A stretch of DNA of 64,000 bases from Pristiophorus japonicus (GCF_044704955.1 NC_091987.1:117490001-117554000); one strand, 5' to 3'. Positions 51,140-64,000 are shown, counted from the first letter of the stretch. Notes: generated from the sequence alone by a model not told the origin. Program-made: numbers and translations.

Positions 51140-51600
51140 TTCACCCCTCTCCCTCCCTCCGATGTCCCCTCTCTCTCTGATCCCCCTGCATCTCTCTCTC
51201 TCTCTCTCTCTCCGGCCCACTGTCTCTTTCTCTCCCCTCTCTCTGCATCTCCCCTCTCTCTCTCTCTCTCTCTCTTCTTTCTCTCTCCCCTCCCTCTCTC
51301 TCCCCTCCCTCTCTCTCCCCTCCCTCTCTCTCCCTCTCTATTTCCCCCAATCTCTCTCCCCCTCTCTTTCCCCCCCTCTCTCTCCTCTCTCTCTTTCCCC
51401 TCTCTCTGACACCACTCTCTCCATTCTCTCCCCTCTCCCTCTCTCCCCCCTCTCTCCGACACCTCTCTCTCTCTCTCTCCCCTCTCTCCCCCTTTCTCTC
51501 CCTCTCTCTTTCTCCCCTTTCTCTCTCTCCCCTCTCTCTTTCTCCCCTTTCTCTCTCTCCCCTCTCTCCAGCCCCTCCCTCCCCTCTCTCTGATCTCCCT
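51140..51600. repeat. (CT)/(CCT) polypyrimidine low-complexity tract
   Basis: ~450 nt almost pure C/T. Confidence 0.95.
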
Positions 51601-52689
51601 TTCGATCCCCTGTACAGCGTGGGCCATGCTGCAACTGCAACTGTGGGATACTGCGCATTCGCAGCCGGACCTCGGTGACATCACACATGCGCATTAGGGG
51701 ATGGGGCACGCATGCACAAAAAGGGGCGAGGCAGACCGTACACGTGCACAGAAGGATGGAAAAATGTTGTTGCAGATAATCTCTCCGCTGGGAAACCTGG
51801 CCCACAGCCGTTAAATTCAAATAGCTGTCAAAATCTGAGGAAAGCAGCCTCATTAACATATTCTAATCAGCAACCTGTCACTCCAGAGCAGGTTGCTCGG
51901 TTGCCCCCAAACCCACCATGATTAAACCGGATGTAGACACGTTTGCAGCAGGTTGGGTCGGATCACACCTTTTTTAGCAATTTAACCCCCCCATCCCCAC
52001 CCCCACTGACCCCTCCTACCCATCGTGGTAAATTCCACCCGAGGTATCTATTGAACTTTGTGAGTAAGATTTAATGCAAGGGTGATTAGATCTCTATCCA
52101 TGATGATGCCTACCAATGTAAGCATCTTCCCTGTGAAGAGTTTGCTTCCCCAATAATGAATGTGTTCAATAATCCTGTGTATAAACATTGGAGAAGTAAC
52201 TTTAACATACAAAGTTTAGAGCTAAAAAATGTTTAGCGATTGACAATAACAGAAAACTTCATTCACTCAAAAAGAGACAGAGCAGTTGAGATTAATGGCA
52301 TTTGCCTATTCCTAAAATTGCTATTTTCTCAATTTAAAGAGACACTGACATGTTTACAATGCTGCAATTAGTGAATAAAGGGGCTGCCAACCGAAATGAG
52401 GAACTCAACACATTGCCCTACTCAGTGACTCCGTGGCACTGTGTGTTGGTGCAATCGCTCAGCGTGTCATGCTGCCAATATATATAATTGAATTCTTGAC
52501 TTTTTTCTAAATTCAATTATTTCTAAGCTGGCATAATGCTCTTCGCTGGGCATCGAATTTTGAATTGGGGCAGACTAAACAGATTGTAGCTATACCTGTC
52601 TTCATCTCAGGCAGCCCATGGTACATTCTAAGAGCTGATGGGCTGACTATTGGGATTGGTAAGGACGTGGTAACAAGTCCGTAGAAAAT

Positions 52690-53921
52690 CACAATATGAT
52701 TAGGCAGAGTCAACATGGTTTTATGAAAGGGAAATCATGTTTGACAAATCTATTAGAATTTTTTGAGTGTGTAATTAACAGGGTAGATAAGGCAGAACAA
52801 GTGGATGTAGTAAAATTGGATTTTCAAAAGGCATTCGATATGGTGCCACACAAGAGGTTGTTACAGAAGGACTCATGGATTGGGGGTAATATACTAGCAT
52901 GGATTGAGGATTGGTTAGCAGACAGAAAACAGAGAGTAGGAATTAATGGGTCATTCTCGGGATGGCAGGATGTAGCTAATGGATCAGTACTTGGGCCTCA
53001 GCTATTTACAATTCGTATCAAGATGAGGGGACCGAGTGAAATATATCCAAGTTTTCTGATGATATAAAGCTAGGCAGGAAAGTAAGCTGTGAGGAGGACA
53101 CAAAGAGGCTGCAAAGAGATATTGACCCATTATGTGATTGGGCAAGAAGGTGGCAGATGGAGTATAATGTGAGAAGTGTGAATTGTCTACTTTGGAAGGA
53201 AGAATGGAACGCAGAATATTTTTTTAAAAGGCGAGAGTCTAGTAAATGTTGGTATCCAGAAGTATATGGGTGTCCTTATACATGAAAGTGAATATGCAGG
53301 TATAGCAAGCAATTAGGAAGGCAAATTGTATGAGCCTTTATCGCAAGGTATTTGGAGTATGAGAGTAAGGACGGCTTGCTCCAATTATATAGGGCTTTGG
53401 AGTGCTGTGTATAATATTGGTATCCTTACCAAAGGAAGGATATACTTGCCTTAGAGGAGGTGCAACAAAGGTTCACTAGACTGATTCCTGAGATGAGAGG
53501 GCTGTTATGATGAGAGATTGAGCAGATAGGACCTATATTCTCTGGAGTTTCCAAGAGTGAGAGGTGATCTCATTGAAATGTATAACATTCTTAGAGGCCT
53601 TGACAGGGTAAATGCTGAGATGTTGTTTCCCCTGGCTGGAGAGTCTAGAACTAGGGGCAATAATCTCAGAATAAGGGATCAGTCATTTAGGACTTAGATG
53701 AGGAGAAATTTCTTCACACAGAGGGTTGTGAATCTTTGGAATTCTCTACCCAAGAAGGTTGTGGATGCTCAGTCGATGATTGATATAGATAAATTTTGGG
53801 GCACTAGGGGAGTTGAGGGATATGGGATTAGGGCAGGAAATTGGAGTTGATGAAGTTCAGCCATGATCTTATTGAATGGTGGTGCAGTCTCGGTGGGCCA
53901 TATGGCCTACTTCTGCTCTTA
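52690..53921 (+). mobile_element. Old, heavily decayed CR1 3' fragment
   Basis: [18 protein letters not shown] and LDFQKAFD; the rest of its ttcttatg tail is at 57041-57060. Confidence 0.88.
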
Positions 53922-56900
53922 TAAGAACATAAGAACATAAGAATTAGGAACAGGATTAAGCCATCTAGCCCCTCGAGCCTGCTCCGCCATTCAACAAGAT
54001 CATGGCTGATCTGGCCGTGCACTCAGCTCCACTTACCCGCCCGCTCCCCGTAACCCTTAATTCCCTTATTGGTTAAAAATCAATCTATCTGTGATTTGAA
54101 TACATTCAATGAGCTAGCCTCAACTGCTTCCTTGGGCAGAGAATTCCACAGATTCACAACCCTCTGGGAGAAGAAATTCCTTCTCAACTCGGTTTTAAAT
54201 TGGCTCCCCCGTATTTTGAGGCTGTGCCCCCTAGTTCTAGTCTCCCCGACCAGTGGAAACAACCTCCCTGCCTCGATCTTGTCTATCCCTTTCATTATTT
54301 GAAATGTTTCGATAAGATGCCCCCTCATCCTTCTGAACTCCAACGAGTAAAGACCCAGTTTACTCAATCTATCATCATAAGGTAACCCCCTCATCTCCGG
54401 AATCAGCCTCGTGAATCGTCTCTGTAACCCCACCAAGGCTAGTATATCCTTCGTTAAGTAAGGTGACCAAAACTGCACGCAGTACTCCAGGTGCGGCCTC
54501 ACCAATACAGTTGCAGAAGGACCTCCCTGCTTTTGTACTCCATCCCTCTTGCAATGAAGGCCAACATTCCATTCGCCTTCCTGATTACCTGCTGCACCTG
54601 CAAACTAACTTTTTGGGATTCATGCACAAGGACCCCCAGGTCCCTCTGCACCGCAGCATGTTGTAATTTCTCCCCATTCAAATAATATTCCCTTTTACTG
54701 TTTTTTTTCCCAAGGTGGATGACCTCACACTTTCCGACATTGTATTCCATCTGCCAAACCTTAGCCCATTCGCTTAACCTATCTAAATCTCTTTGCAGCC
54801 TTTCTGTGTCCTCTACACAACCCGCTTTCCCACTAATCTTTGTGTCATCTGCAAATTTTGTTATACTACACTCTGTCCCCTCTTCCAGGTCATCTATGTA
54901 TATTGTAAACAGTTGTGGTCCCAGCACCGATCCCTGTGGCACACCACTAACCACTGATTTACAACCCGAAAAGGACCCATTTATCCCGACTCTCTGCTTT
55001 CTGTTCGCCAGCCAATTCTCTATCCATGCTAATACTCCGCGTACCCTTATCTTCTGCAGTAACCTTTTGTGTGGCACCTTATCGAATGCCTTTTGAAAAT
55101 CTAAATACACCGCACACATCGGTACACCTCTATCCACCATGCTCGTTATATCCTCAAAGAATTCCAGTAAATTAGTTAAACATGATTTCCCCTTCATGAA
55201 TCCATGCTGCGTCTGTTTGATTGCACTATTCCCATCTAGATGTCCCGCTATTTCTTCCTTAATGATAGTTTCAAGCATTTTCCCCACTACAGATGTTAAA
55301 CTAACCGGCTGATAGTTACCTGCCTTTTGCCTGCCCCCTTTTTTAAACAGAGGCGTTACATTAGCTGTTTTCCAATCCGCTGGTACCGCCCCAGAGTCCA
55401 GAGACTTTTGGTAGATTATAACAAATGCATCTGCTATAACTTCCGCCATCTCTTTTAATACCCTGGGATGCATTTCATCAGGACCAGGGGACTTGTCTAC
55501 CTTGAGTCCCCTTAGCCTGTCCAGCACTACCCCACCTAGTGATAGTGATTGTCTCAAAGTCCTCCCTTCCCACATTCCTGTGACCAGCAATTTTTGGCAT
55601 GGTTTTTGTGTCTTCCACTGTGAAGACCGAAGCAAAATAATTGTTTAAGGTCTCAGCCATTTCCACATTTCCCATTATTAAATCCCCCTTCTCATCTTCT
55701 AAGGGACCAACATTTACTTTAGTCACTCTCTTCCGTTTTATATATCGGTAAAAGCTTTTACTATCCGTTTTTATGTTTTGCGCAAGTTTACCTTCGTAAT
55801 CTATCTTTCCTTTCTTTATTGCTTTCTTAGTCATTCTTTGCTGTCGTTTAAAATTTTCCCAATCTTCTATTTTCCCCCTAACCTTGGCCACCTTATATTC
55901 ATTGGTTTTTAATTTGATACTCTTCTTTATTTCCTTGGTTATCCACGGCTGGTTATCCCTTCTCTTACCGCCCTTCTTTTTCACTGGAATTTATTTTTGT
56001 TGAGCACTATGAAAGAGCTCCTTAAAAGTCCTCCACTGTTCCTCAATTGTGCCACCGTTTAGTCTGTGTTCCCAGTCTACTTTAGCCAACTCTGCCCTCA
56101 TCCCACTGTAGTCCCTTTTGTTTAAGCATAGTACACTTGTTTGAGACACTACTTCCTCATCCTCAATCTGCATTACAAATTCAACCATACTGTGATCACT
56201 CATTCCGAGAGGATCTTTTACTAGGAGATTGTTTATTATTCCTGCCTCATTACACAGGACCAGATCTAAGATAGCTTGCTCCCTTGTAGGTTCTGTAACA
56301 TACTGTTCTGAGAAACAATCCCGTATGCATTCTATGAATTCCTCCTTCAGGCTATCCCGTGCGATTTGATTTGACCACTCGATATGTAGGTTAAAATCCC
56401 CCATGATTACTGCTGTTCCTTTTTCACACGCCTCCATTATTCCCTTGATTATTGCCTTCCCAACTGTGAAGTTATTATTTGGGCGCCTATAAACTACACC
56501 CACCAGTGACCTTTTTCCCCTTACTATCTCTAATCTCCACCCACAATGATTCAACATTTTGTTCATTAGAGCCAATATCGTCTCTCACAACTGCCCTGAT
56601 ATCATCCTTTATTAACAGAGCTACCCCACCTCCTTTCCCTTCTTGTCTATCTTTCTGAATCGTCAGATACCCCTACATGTTTAATTCCCAGTATTGGCCA
56701 CCCTGCAACCACGTTTCTGTAATGGCCACCAAATCATACCCATTTGTAATGATTTGTGCCGTGAATTCATTTACTTTATTTCGAATGATGCGTGCATTTA
56801 GGTAGAATGTTTTAATACTAGTTTTTAAACCATGATTTTTAGTTTTGACCCCTCCTGTAGCTCCTTTACATTCAGTGGCCCTTTTTGTTTTTTGCCTTGG

Positions 56901-57040
56901 GTTTCTCTGCCCTCCACTTTTACTCATCTCCTTTCTGTCTTTTGCTTTTGTCTCCTTTTTGTTTCCCTCTGTCTCCCTGCATTGGTTCCCATCCCCCTGC
57001 CATGTTAGTTTAACTCCTCCCCAATAGCACGAGCAAACAC
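53922..57040 (-). mobile_element. CR1 LINE (ORF2 nearly complete, few frameshifts), same subfamily as 9564-11083
   Basis: ORFs 55991..56575 (APE), 55478..55984, 54499..55635 (RT) and 54080..54505; (aagaacat)n tail. Confidence 0.93.
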
Positions 57041-57317
57041 TCTTAGTTCTTATGTTCTTATTACTCCAGCCCATCCTGAGAGAGGGTGTGTTCAACTCTC
57101 TGTCTCTTTCAATATCTTAAAAAATGTGCAATGAAGTTAAATAGCATCCTTAGATGGAATCAGGGTATATAAATATGAGCAAAAGGACCAAGATGCTTCT
57201 TTGAGAAGACAGTCCTATAAGTGATAGATTACCACTAGAATCTATTTCAACCTCTCTCTCTGCCCTCTTCAACACAAACCATTCTTCCAGCTGCTAATGG
57301 AACTTGTTCTTTATTAG

Positions 57318-57474
57318 GATAATAGAGATTCTGGAGCAGATCGGGCTGACGCTGAATTTTACAACTGATTCAGTAAACATCACCTCCTCTTCTTTGGCTC
57401 TGGCTGTGAGCACAGTCAACGCGACTGGTTTCAATGGGGCAGACTTCAGCATCAGCAACATCACCAACCTGCAG
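57318..57474 (+). CDS. ADGRG2: GAIN exon: IIEILEQIGLTLNFTTDSVNITSSSLALAVSTVNATGFNGADFSISNITNLQ
   Basis: ctttattag|G...CTGCAG|gtagca; 157 nt, phase 2-0; matches ADGRG2 'IGLQLNF...TSPSLALAV..VNA' (recalled). Confidence 0.92.
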
Positions 57475-57531
57475 GTAGCACAGACCCAAACTTTCCATCT
57501 TGTTTGTCAATGCAGTTGTTTGGAATTTATT

Positions 57532-58315
57532 GGGCTGGATTTTGCTTTAAAAATAATGGTGAGGCTAACAGTGTTCACCGTTATTTACATGGAAATCGGA
57601 CAGCAACTTCCGGCGAACACATATGCGCAGTGAAATGTGGAAATCCAGAAGGTGCTGTCCAAGATGTCCTGCTCCTCTAAAAGCTTCCCAAAATCGGCAT
57701 CTCGTTGTCTGACTTACCATTAAAATGCATTGAACGCCATGAAGTTCCTGTACTTACCTCATAGATATGGACTAAATTGCCCAAAAAAGTTATGGATTGT
57801 CCATTCCAGTGTAAGTTTTCTTTTATGGGCATGATAAGTCTAAATTACTGCCAAACAACCTCTCTGGCACTGACAATTTACTTTTACAAGTATGGACTCT
57901 CATCCCTTCAGATTTTAATTATCATTGGAAATTAAAATATAAAGGCATGTAAATAAAATGTTTTCTTTGTTTTTATTTCCGTCTCTTATATCTCTCTCTT
58001 AATCTAATCTTTCTTTCCCTCTCTTTATTTCACTTTCTGTCCATGATTTGACATTGAATTCAATATTCTAATTGACACTGCCTGATCAGACACTGTGCTG
58101 TTCATTAATGATTCTTCAATCTGATTGGTTAAGGAGATACACAGTTGCCTGCCCTGTTCGCACAGGTCCCAGGTGTCCAGTAGAGGACGCTGTGCTTTTT
58201 GGATGGGTGGCTGATGGGAACTTCCAGTACAAAAGTCCCTAAAAAGTCTATGGGCAAGTGCAACTGTAATCAACGACTGGCACATTTGTTCACCACTCAG
58301 AGCAAAATCTGGCCC
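57532..58315. mobile_element. PIF/Harbinger-like MITE
   Basis: TIR gggctggattttgct / agcaaaatctggccc; att on both flanks. Confidence 0.8.
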
Positions 58316-58414
58316 ATTGTCTGACATGTAGGATGCAAAGTATTCCAGGCACCGAATATATATCTCCAATAAAACGCCATAACATTACCTTGACAATTCT
58401 TCAGATTATGTATA

Positions 58415-58525
58415 CTTCTTCCAGTTCTGACGCAATATCTTCGACCTGAAACAGGAACTCTGTTTCTCTCTCCACAGATGCAGCCTGGCCTGAGTATTTC
58501 CAGCATTTTCTGTTTTTACTTCACA
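58415..58525 (+). mobile_element. Short Penelope-like terminal fragment
   Basis: Reverse complement of the motif at 61720-61815; family assignment is by recognition only. Confidence 0.45.
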
Positions 58526-58669
58526 TTATATAGTTTGTTCCCGTGACTGCTCAGAATTTGGAACTTGTAATTTAATTTTATGGATAGATTTGACAGAATA
58601 ATTTCCCAAACGTTCCAAGATGGCAGATATACTGACAGATATTATAACTTCCTGATTCAAAGTGAAATA

Positions 58670-59190
58670 GACTCATAGAATAGTACAGCACAGGTGGAGG
58701 CCATTCGGCCCATCGAGTCTGGACCAGCTCTTTCGAAGAGCAATCCAGTTAGCCCCATTCCCCCGCTCTTTCCCCATATCCTTGCAATGTTTTTCTCCTT
58801 CAAGTATTTATCCAATTCCCTTGTGAATGCTATAATTGAATCTGTATCCACCACCCTATCAGCGAGTGCATTCCAAATCCTATTGCGTAAAAACGTTTTT
58901 CTTCATGTTGCTTCTGGTTCTTTACACTTTAACTCTGTGCCCTCTCGTACACTTCAGCCATTAGAAACAGTTGCTCTTTATTTATTCTATCTAAATCCTT
59001 CATGATTTGAAACATGTCCATCAAATCTCCTGTTAGCCTTCTCTGCTCCAAGGAGAACAAGCCCAGCTTCTCTAGTCTATCCATGTAACTGTAATCGCTC
59101 ATTCCTGGTACCGTTCCAGTAAATCTCTTCTGTACCCTCTTCAAAGCCTTCACGTCCTTCCTAAAATGTGGTGCCCAGAATTGTACACAC
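58670..59190 (-). mobile_element. CR1 3' fragment
   Basis: CVQFWAPHFRKDVKALKRVQKRFT...LGLFSLEQRRL. Confidence 0.85.
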
Positions 59191-59856
59191 TGGCCCTGAA
59201 TTTGCGGTGGGTAACAACAGTGAATGAACAGCATTCGCTGTTATTATCCCTTTGAAACTGCCCGTAACTTCAGGATTTAGAGCAATCGCATCCTAATGCG
59301 GAAATCCTAAAGTTGCAGTCAGCCATTCACTGCTCCAACACTGGCTGTGCTGAGGCCCCACCCCCACCCCAGCACTCAGTGTAATCAAGGAACTCAGTGA
59401 AACTGATGACAACTTTAGCTTTTCTGCAGTAATACCGCTGTTAAATACCCCATTAAAAGTTAGGCCTGGTGGATTAGGTGTAACTGAATTTTTAACAGTT
59501 TATTTATTGCTAAACAAATGTTATGGCCCTGAAAAAATAATTTTAATTTTACAGAATTTCAAATTTCTCTATTCAAATAAAAATTATAATTTTTAAGAAA
59601 CTTTAAAAAATATATTTTTTTTTGAAGTTTGCTCATATTTATTTCAGGTTTACCTTTTGTCCAAGTGAGAGCCCCAATCTTTGTTTTGCTCTCTATAACA
59701 TTTTTATAAAGTCAAAATAAAAGCACTTCTTCACTTCCTGGTTCCCTGGCTGTGAAAACAGAATATTTTTTAAATGGTGAGAAATTATTAAATATTGGTG
59801 TTCAGAGAAATATAGGTGTCTTCGTACAGGAAACACAGAGAGTTAGCATGCAGGTA

Positions 59857-60467
59857 TGTGGACCATGTACAGTAGACACCTCAAGTTGCTGGAGAAATAC
59901 CACCAACACTATCTCCGCAAAATCCTACAAATCCCCTGGGAGGACAGACGCACCAACATTAGCGTCCTCGACCAGGCCAACATCCCCAGCATTGAAGCAC
60001 TGACCACACTTGATCAGCTCTGCTGGGCAGGCCATATAGTTTGCATGCCAGACACGAGACTCCCAAAGCAAGCGCTCTACTCGAAACTCATCCACAGCAA
60101 ACGAGCCAAAAGTGGGCAGCAGAAACGTTACAAGGAAACCCTCAAAGCCTCCCTGATAAAGTGCAACAACCCCACTGACACCTGGGAGTCCCTGGCTAAA
60201 GACTGTCCTCAGTGAAGGAAGTGCATCTAGGAGGGCGCTGAGCTCCTCGAGTCTCGTCGCCGAGAGCATGCAGAAATCAAGCGCAAGCAGCGGAAGATGC
60301 GTGCGGCAAACCAGACTCCCCGCCCACCCTTTCCTTCAACCAATGTCTGTCCCACCTGTGACAGAGACTGTGGTTCTCGTATTGGGCTGTTCAGACATCT
60401 AAGAACTCATGCTAAGAGTGGAAGCAAGTCTTCATCCATTCCGAGGAACTGCCTATGATGATGATGA
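59857..60467 (+). mobile_element. RTE-clade LINE 3' fragment
   Basis: LRKILQIPWEDRRTN, WAGHIVCMPDTRLPK, C-terminal CxxC...HxxxH, (atg)n tail. Confidence 0.85.
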
Positions 60468-60741
60468 CAGCAAACAATAAGGAAGGCAAATAGCATGTTG
60501 GCCTTTATTGCATGGGGGCAGGAAGTCTTGCAACAATTGTACAGGGCTCTGGTGAGACCACACCTGGAGTACTGTGCACAGTTTTGGTCTCCTTATCTAT
60601 ACTTGCCTTAGAGGCGATACAACAAAGGTTCACTAAATTGATTGCTGGGATGAGAGGGTTGTCCTATGATGAGAGATTGAGTAGATTGGGCCTACACTCT
60701 CTGGAGTTTAGGAAAACGAGAGGTGAGCTCATTGAAACATA

Positions 60742-61134
60742 CAGGTTGGACCTCTCTGGTCCGGTCCCCTTGGGATCTGACCAGTGCCAGAACAGAGAAT
60801 TTTCCATACTACGGGAGGTCACTCACAGACATGTGCGTGCTGGCAGCCTTTGGGTGGCTCCCTCAGCACTCGCGCACACACACTCACTGACTAACAGCCG
60901 CTCCAGCCAACCGTCGAACACACTCACTAACTGACAGCCGCCCCAGCAAATCGCCAAACATACTCACTGACTGACAATCCCTCCAGCCAATCGCCGAACA
61001 CACTCACTGACTGACAGCCACTCCAGCCAATCAAAATGTTTTTTTAATAAATCCTCCTCTCCCTCAGTCCCAGCTAATGCCGAACCATGGATGTTTCCGG
61101 ACCAGAGAGTCCCGGACCAAAAAGTTTCAACCTG
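60742..61134. mobile_element. Tc1/mariner (pogo/Tigger-like) MITE
   Basis: ta|caggttgga...ttcaacctg|ta (TIR plus TA duplication); four ~40-bp internal tandem repeats at 60875-61030. Confidence 0.8.
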
Positions 61135-61162
61135 TATAAGATTCTGAAGTGGATTGACAGGG

Positions 61163-61375
61163 TTTGAACTGGCATTCACTGACTGAAAGGGCGGTGGAGG
61201 CAGATTCAATTGTGACTTTCAAAAGGCAATTGGATAAGTACTTGAAGGAAAAAAATTGGAGGGTGGTTAGTGGGACCAGCTAAAGTGCTCTTGCAGAGAG
61301 CCGGCACAGGCTCGACGGGCCGAATGGCCTCCTTCTATGCTGTAACCATTCTATGATTCTATTCTATGATTCTAG
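61163..61375 (+). mobile_element. Very short CR1 3' insertion
   Basis: FKRQLDKYLKE-type end with (attctatg)n tail; splits the host gacagggt|...|ctagatgctgag. Confidence 0.7.
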
Positions 61376-61719
61376 GCTAGATGCTGAGAGGTTATTTCCC
61401 CCTGGCTGGAAAGACTAGAATGAGAGGCATAGTCTCAGGACAAGGCGTCAGCCGTTTAAGACTGAGTTGAGGAGGAATTTCTTCACTCAGCGGGTTGTGA
61501 ATCTTTGGAATTCTCTACCCCAAAGGACTGTCGATACTGAATCGCTGAGTATATTCAAGGCTGAGATATAGATTTTTGTACTCTAGGGGAATCAAGGGAT
61601 ATGGAGATCAGGCGGAAAAGTGGAGTTGAGGTGGAAGATCAGCCATGATCTTACTGAATGGCGGAGCAGGCTCGAGGGGCCGCATGGCCTACTCCTGCTC
61701 CTAATTCTTATGTTCTTAT

Positions 61720-62137
61720 ATAAAAACAGAAAATGCAGGAATTACTCAGCAGGTCAGGCAGCAACTTTGACTCTGTTTCTCTCTTAATGTTTCAGGTTGA
61801 TGACCTTTCATCAGGACTAGAAAATGTTACAGATGTAACAGGTTTTAAGCAAGTACAGCAGCAGGGAAAGAAAGGAAGGAAGGAAGGAAGGAAGGAATTT
61901 TGAGTGTAGTCACTGTTGTAAAGAACAAAATGGAAGGTCTGTGATAGAGTGGAAGGCTGGAGTGATTGAATGAGAAAAAGTAAAAGAGGGTGGTCATGGG
62001 ACAAGTAAAGAATCAAAAGATGGGTCTAGAAGAGGTGTAAATGGGAATAGCACAATCAGCACCTGGTGTCCGAATAAATGAGGGCAGAGGTTATGATCTG
62101 AAACTGTTGAACTCAATGTTGAGACTGAAAGACTGAA
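61720..62137 (-). mobile_element. Penelope-like fragment inserted in a CR1 tail
   Basis: aaaaacagaaaatgcaggaattactcagcaggtcaggcagc motif; the ttcttatg tail resumes at 62138. Confidence 0.45.
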
Positions 62138-62441
62138 TGTTCTTATGTTCTTATGTCTGGCACAATCTGCCAGGTAACATAGTCGAGAACAGTGTGAGGA
62201 GAGCGCAAAGGCATTTGGGAGTTAGGATGGAATGAGTTGGATGGGAAATGGTGCAAGCACCTTTAGCTGCATGTGCTCCTTCCTGCCTGATCTTTCAGTA
62301 TTCGCTGCACCGAGACAATCCAACAGCCCCAGGCGGACCTGGCAAAATCTACCCCTCTTTCCCTTCCTTCACCATTTATTAGGAAAAAACAAAGAAATTT
62401 GTCTCTAATATTCTGTGTAACTGTTCTGTTTCATTCTTAAG

Positions 62442-62585
62442 GTCTCGCTGGATGAAGGCTCTCCTCAAGCCGGTTTTGCAGCTATCAAGCTTCCACCTTC
62501 CCTGTTGAACAATCTCATGCCAGAGGACAAGGACAGAGCTTCGAGAATGCAATTCACTTTCTTTGAAAAACCTACACTTTTCCAG
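62442..62585 (+). CDS. ADGRG2: GAIN exon: VSLDEGSPQAGFAAIKLPPSLLNNLMPEDKDRASRMQFTFFEKPTLFQ
   Basis: cattcttaag|GTC...TTCCAG|gtagaa; 144 nt, phase 0-0; matches ADGRG2 'LPSSLMNNL...ASRVQFNFFETPALFQ' (recalled). Confidence 0.93.
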
Positions 62586-63039
62586 GTAGAATTCCAACTG
62601 TTGATTTTGTTAGCTTTTCTTTTAATAGATTACACTGCACCCTCAAGAAGTTTAAACATTAATATAAATGCTGGGGGTATAGGTGCGGAAGAGGTTGGAC
62701 TCAGACATTTTGGCCCAGAATATCCAGGAGACTTGCACCATTGGAAAGGCACAACTGTGGCGTGGGTTTGTTTTACATGATAAAACTCTGAAGAAATGAT
62801 GGCGCAAGTTATGCCATTATTCACGTTGTGCCATACTTTCCAGGGACTTCTCCGCTGCTCAACCAATACCCTTTCCGAAACCATACAGATTTGATCTTCA
62901 TGGCTCTGCAATCAAGTCACTGGCGGATTACCAATTTCCTAGCCAATTTTCTTGTTATTGATCAGGGTGCAATGCACCATTTTGTGTCTAGCTTTATTGT
63001 CCTCCTTGTTTTTAATGAGTATGTGTCCTTTGTTATCAG

Positions 63040-63165
63040 GATTCCAGCATTGCGAATACATCTGTCTTGAACAGTTTCATCGTCGCATCCAGCGTTGCCG
63101 ATCTCAGCATCAGTAACTTGACGGATCCAGTCCGAATCATGTTTAAGAACATTGAGCCCAATCAG
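63040..63165 (+). CDS. ADGRG2: GAIN exon: DSSIANTSVLNSFIVASSVADLSISNLTDPVRIMFKNIEPNQ
   Basis: ttgttatcag|GAT...AATCAG|gtattg; 126 nt, phase 0-0; matches 'LISYVISSSVANL..NLT..V...KHINPSQ' (recalled). Confidence 0.93.
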
Positions 63166-63469
63166 GTATTGCTGAGATCTGTGGGTGCTCTTCAGTACAC
63201 ACAAATATTGGGCACTCACTCACTGTTCAATAGTATGTGGTCATTTACTGCATCCAATAATGAGGAACATGATTCAAAAACTATGTTAAGAAAGCCTATT
63301 TGCAGATAGCAGTGCAGTTGCACAAGGTGGTAGGGCACGTGTTTATATTCTGGACTGGTCAGTGGCAAATGAAGTTCAATATGGACAAATGCAAAGTACT
63401 GTTTATTGGAAGTTAAACAGGAGGAATGTGTACTCTGTGGTGGGGATGAATTTTCCAGGGGGATGTTTG

Positions 63470-63790
63470 TTTAATTCATTCATGGGATGTGGGAGTCACT
63501 GGCAAGGCCAGCATTTATTGCCCATCCCTAATTGCCCTTGAGAAGATGGTGGTGAGCCGCTGCCTTGAACCGCTGCAGTCCATGTGGTGAAGGTTTTCCC
63601 ACAGTACTGTTAGGGAGGGAGTTCCAGGATTTTGAGCCAGCGACGATGAAGGGACGGCGATATACTTCCAAGTCAGGATGGTGTTTGACTTGGAGGGGAA
63701 TGTGGAGATGGTGGTGTTCCCATGCACCTGCTGCCCTTGTCCTTCTAGGTGGTAGAGGTCCCGGGTATGGGAGGTGCTGCCAAAGAAGTC
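63470..63790 (-). mobile_element. LINE 3' end (CR1/L2-group C-terminus)
   Basis: SKSWNSLP...LQRFKAAAHHHLLKGN* followed by a short 3'UTR. Confidence 0.7.
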
Positions 63791-64000
63791 TTTGCTGAAA
63801 GAGACCTAGGGGAATCACCATTTGAGGTGACAAAAAACATAGCAAATATGATCTTGAGGTATAACATCAAATCAGTTGTGATTGACTCTTCAGACATAAC
63901 ACCACACCTGGAGTATTTAATGCTGTTGTAATCACTGCCACATCAGTGAGCCATGCAGGTCTTTGAGGAGGGCAGTGGAAAATAATTAGGATGCTAATTG

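Larger units (their letters stand above)
59752..61720 (+). mobile_element. CR1 3' fragment interrupted by RTE, MITE and short CR1 insertions
   Basis: EYFLNGEKL...SMQV, resuming at 60468; LSYDERLSRLGL; ttcttatg tail at 61705. Confidence 0.85.
1021..63165 (+). other. ADGRG2: Partial gene span of an ADGRG2/GPR64-like adhesion GPCR (stalk micro-exon array plus GAIN exons); start and 7TM exons lie outside the window
   Basis: The phase-1 micro-exons can splice onto the phase-1 acceptor at 49252. The four downstream exons join in frame (phases 1-2-0-0-0) and resemble the ADGRG2 GAIN region as I recall it. Confidence 0.75.

Noticed and set aside
50997-51859. Long ORFs of 198, 221 and 173 aa rich in L/S/P or R/E/G
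   Set aside because: They are translations of the CT low-complexity tract, which simply lacks stop codons.
9724-55096. Antisense ORFs over CR1 RT regions (e.g. 9724..10278, 54719..55096)
   Set aside because: They are shadow frames of conserved RT codons, broken at different points in each copy.

Overview
Vertebrate genomic DNA (the CR1/Penelope/Harbinger/Gypsy repeat mix suggests a cartilaginous fish; this is inference). The whole window lies inside one + strand adhesion-GPCR gene most similar to ADGRG2/GPR64. Four ordinary exons (49252-63165) splice in frame and encode the N-terminal part of the GAIN domain. Upstream (about 690-43918) is a tandem array of ~2.1 kb and ~0.9 kb genomic units. 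These carry 15 canonical AG/GT, phase-1/phase-1 micro-exons of 39-48 nt, plus several doubtful or dead copies. They encode Ser/Thr-rich modules rich in N-glycosylation sequons and are not visible as genes in the ORF track. The introns are full of nested transposons: many CR1 LINEs, two decayed Gypsy LTR elements, an internally deleted PIF/Harbinger element with a Myb/SANT-like gene, Harbinger-like and Tc1/mariner-like MITEs, and RTE and Penelope-like fragments. Coordinates were read by eye and TE borders are approximate.
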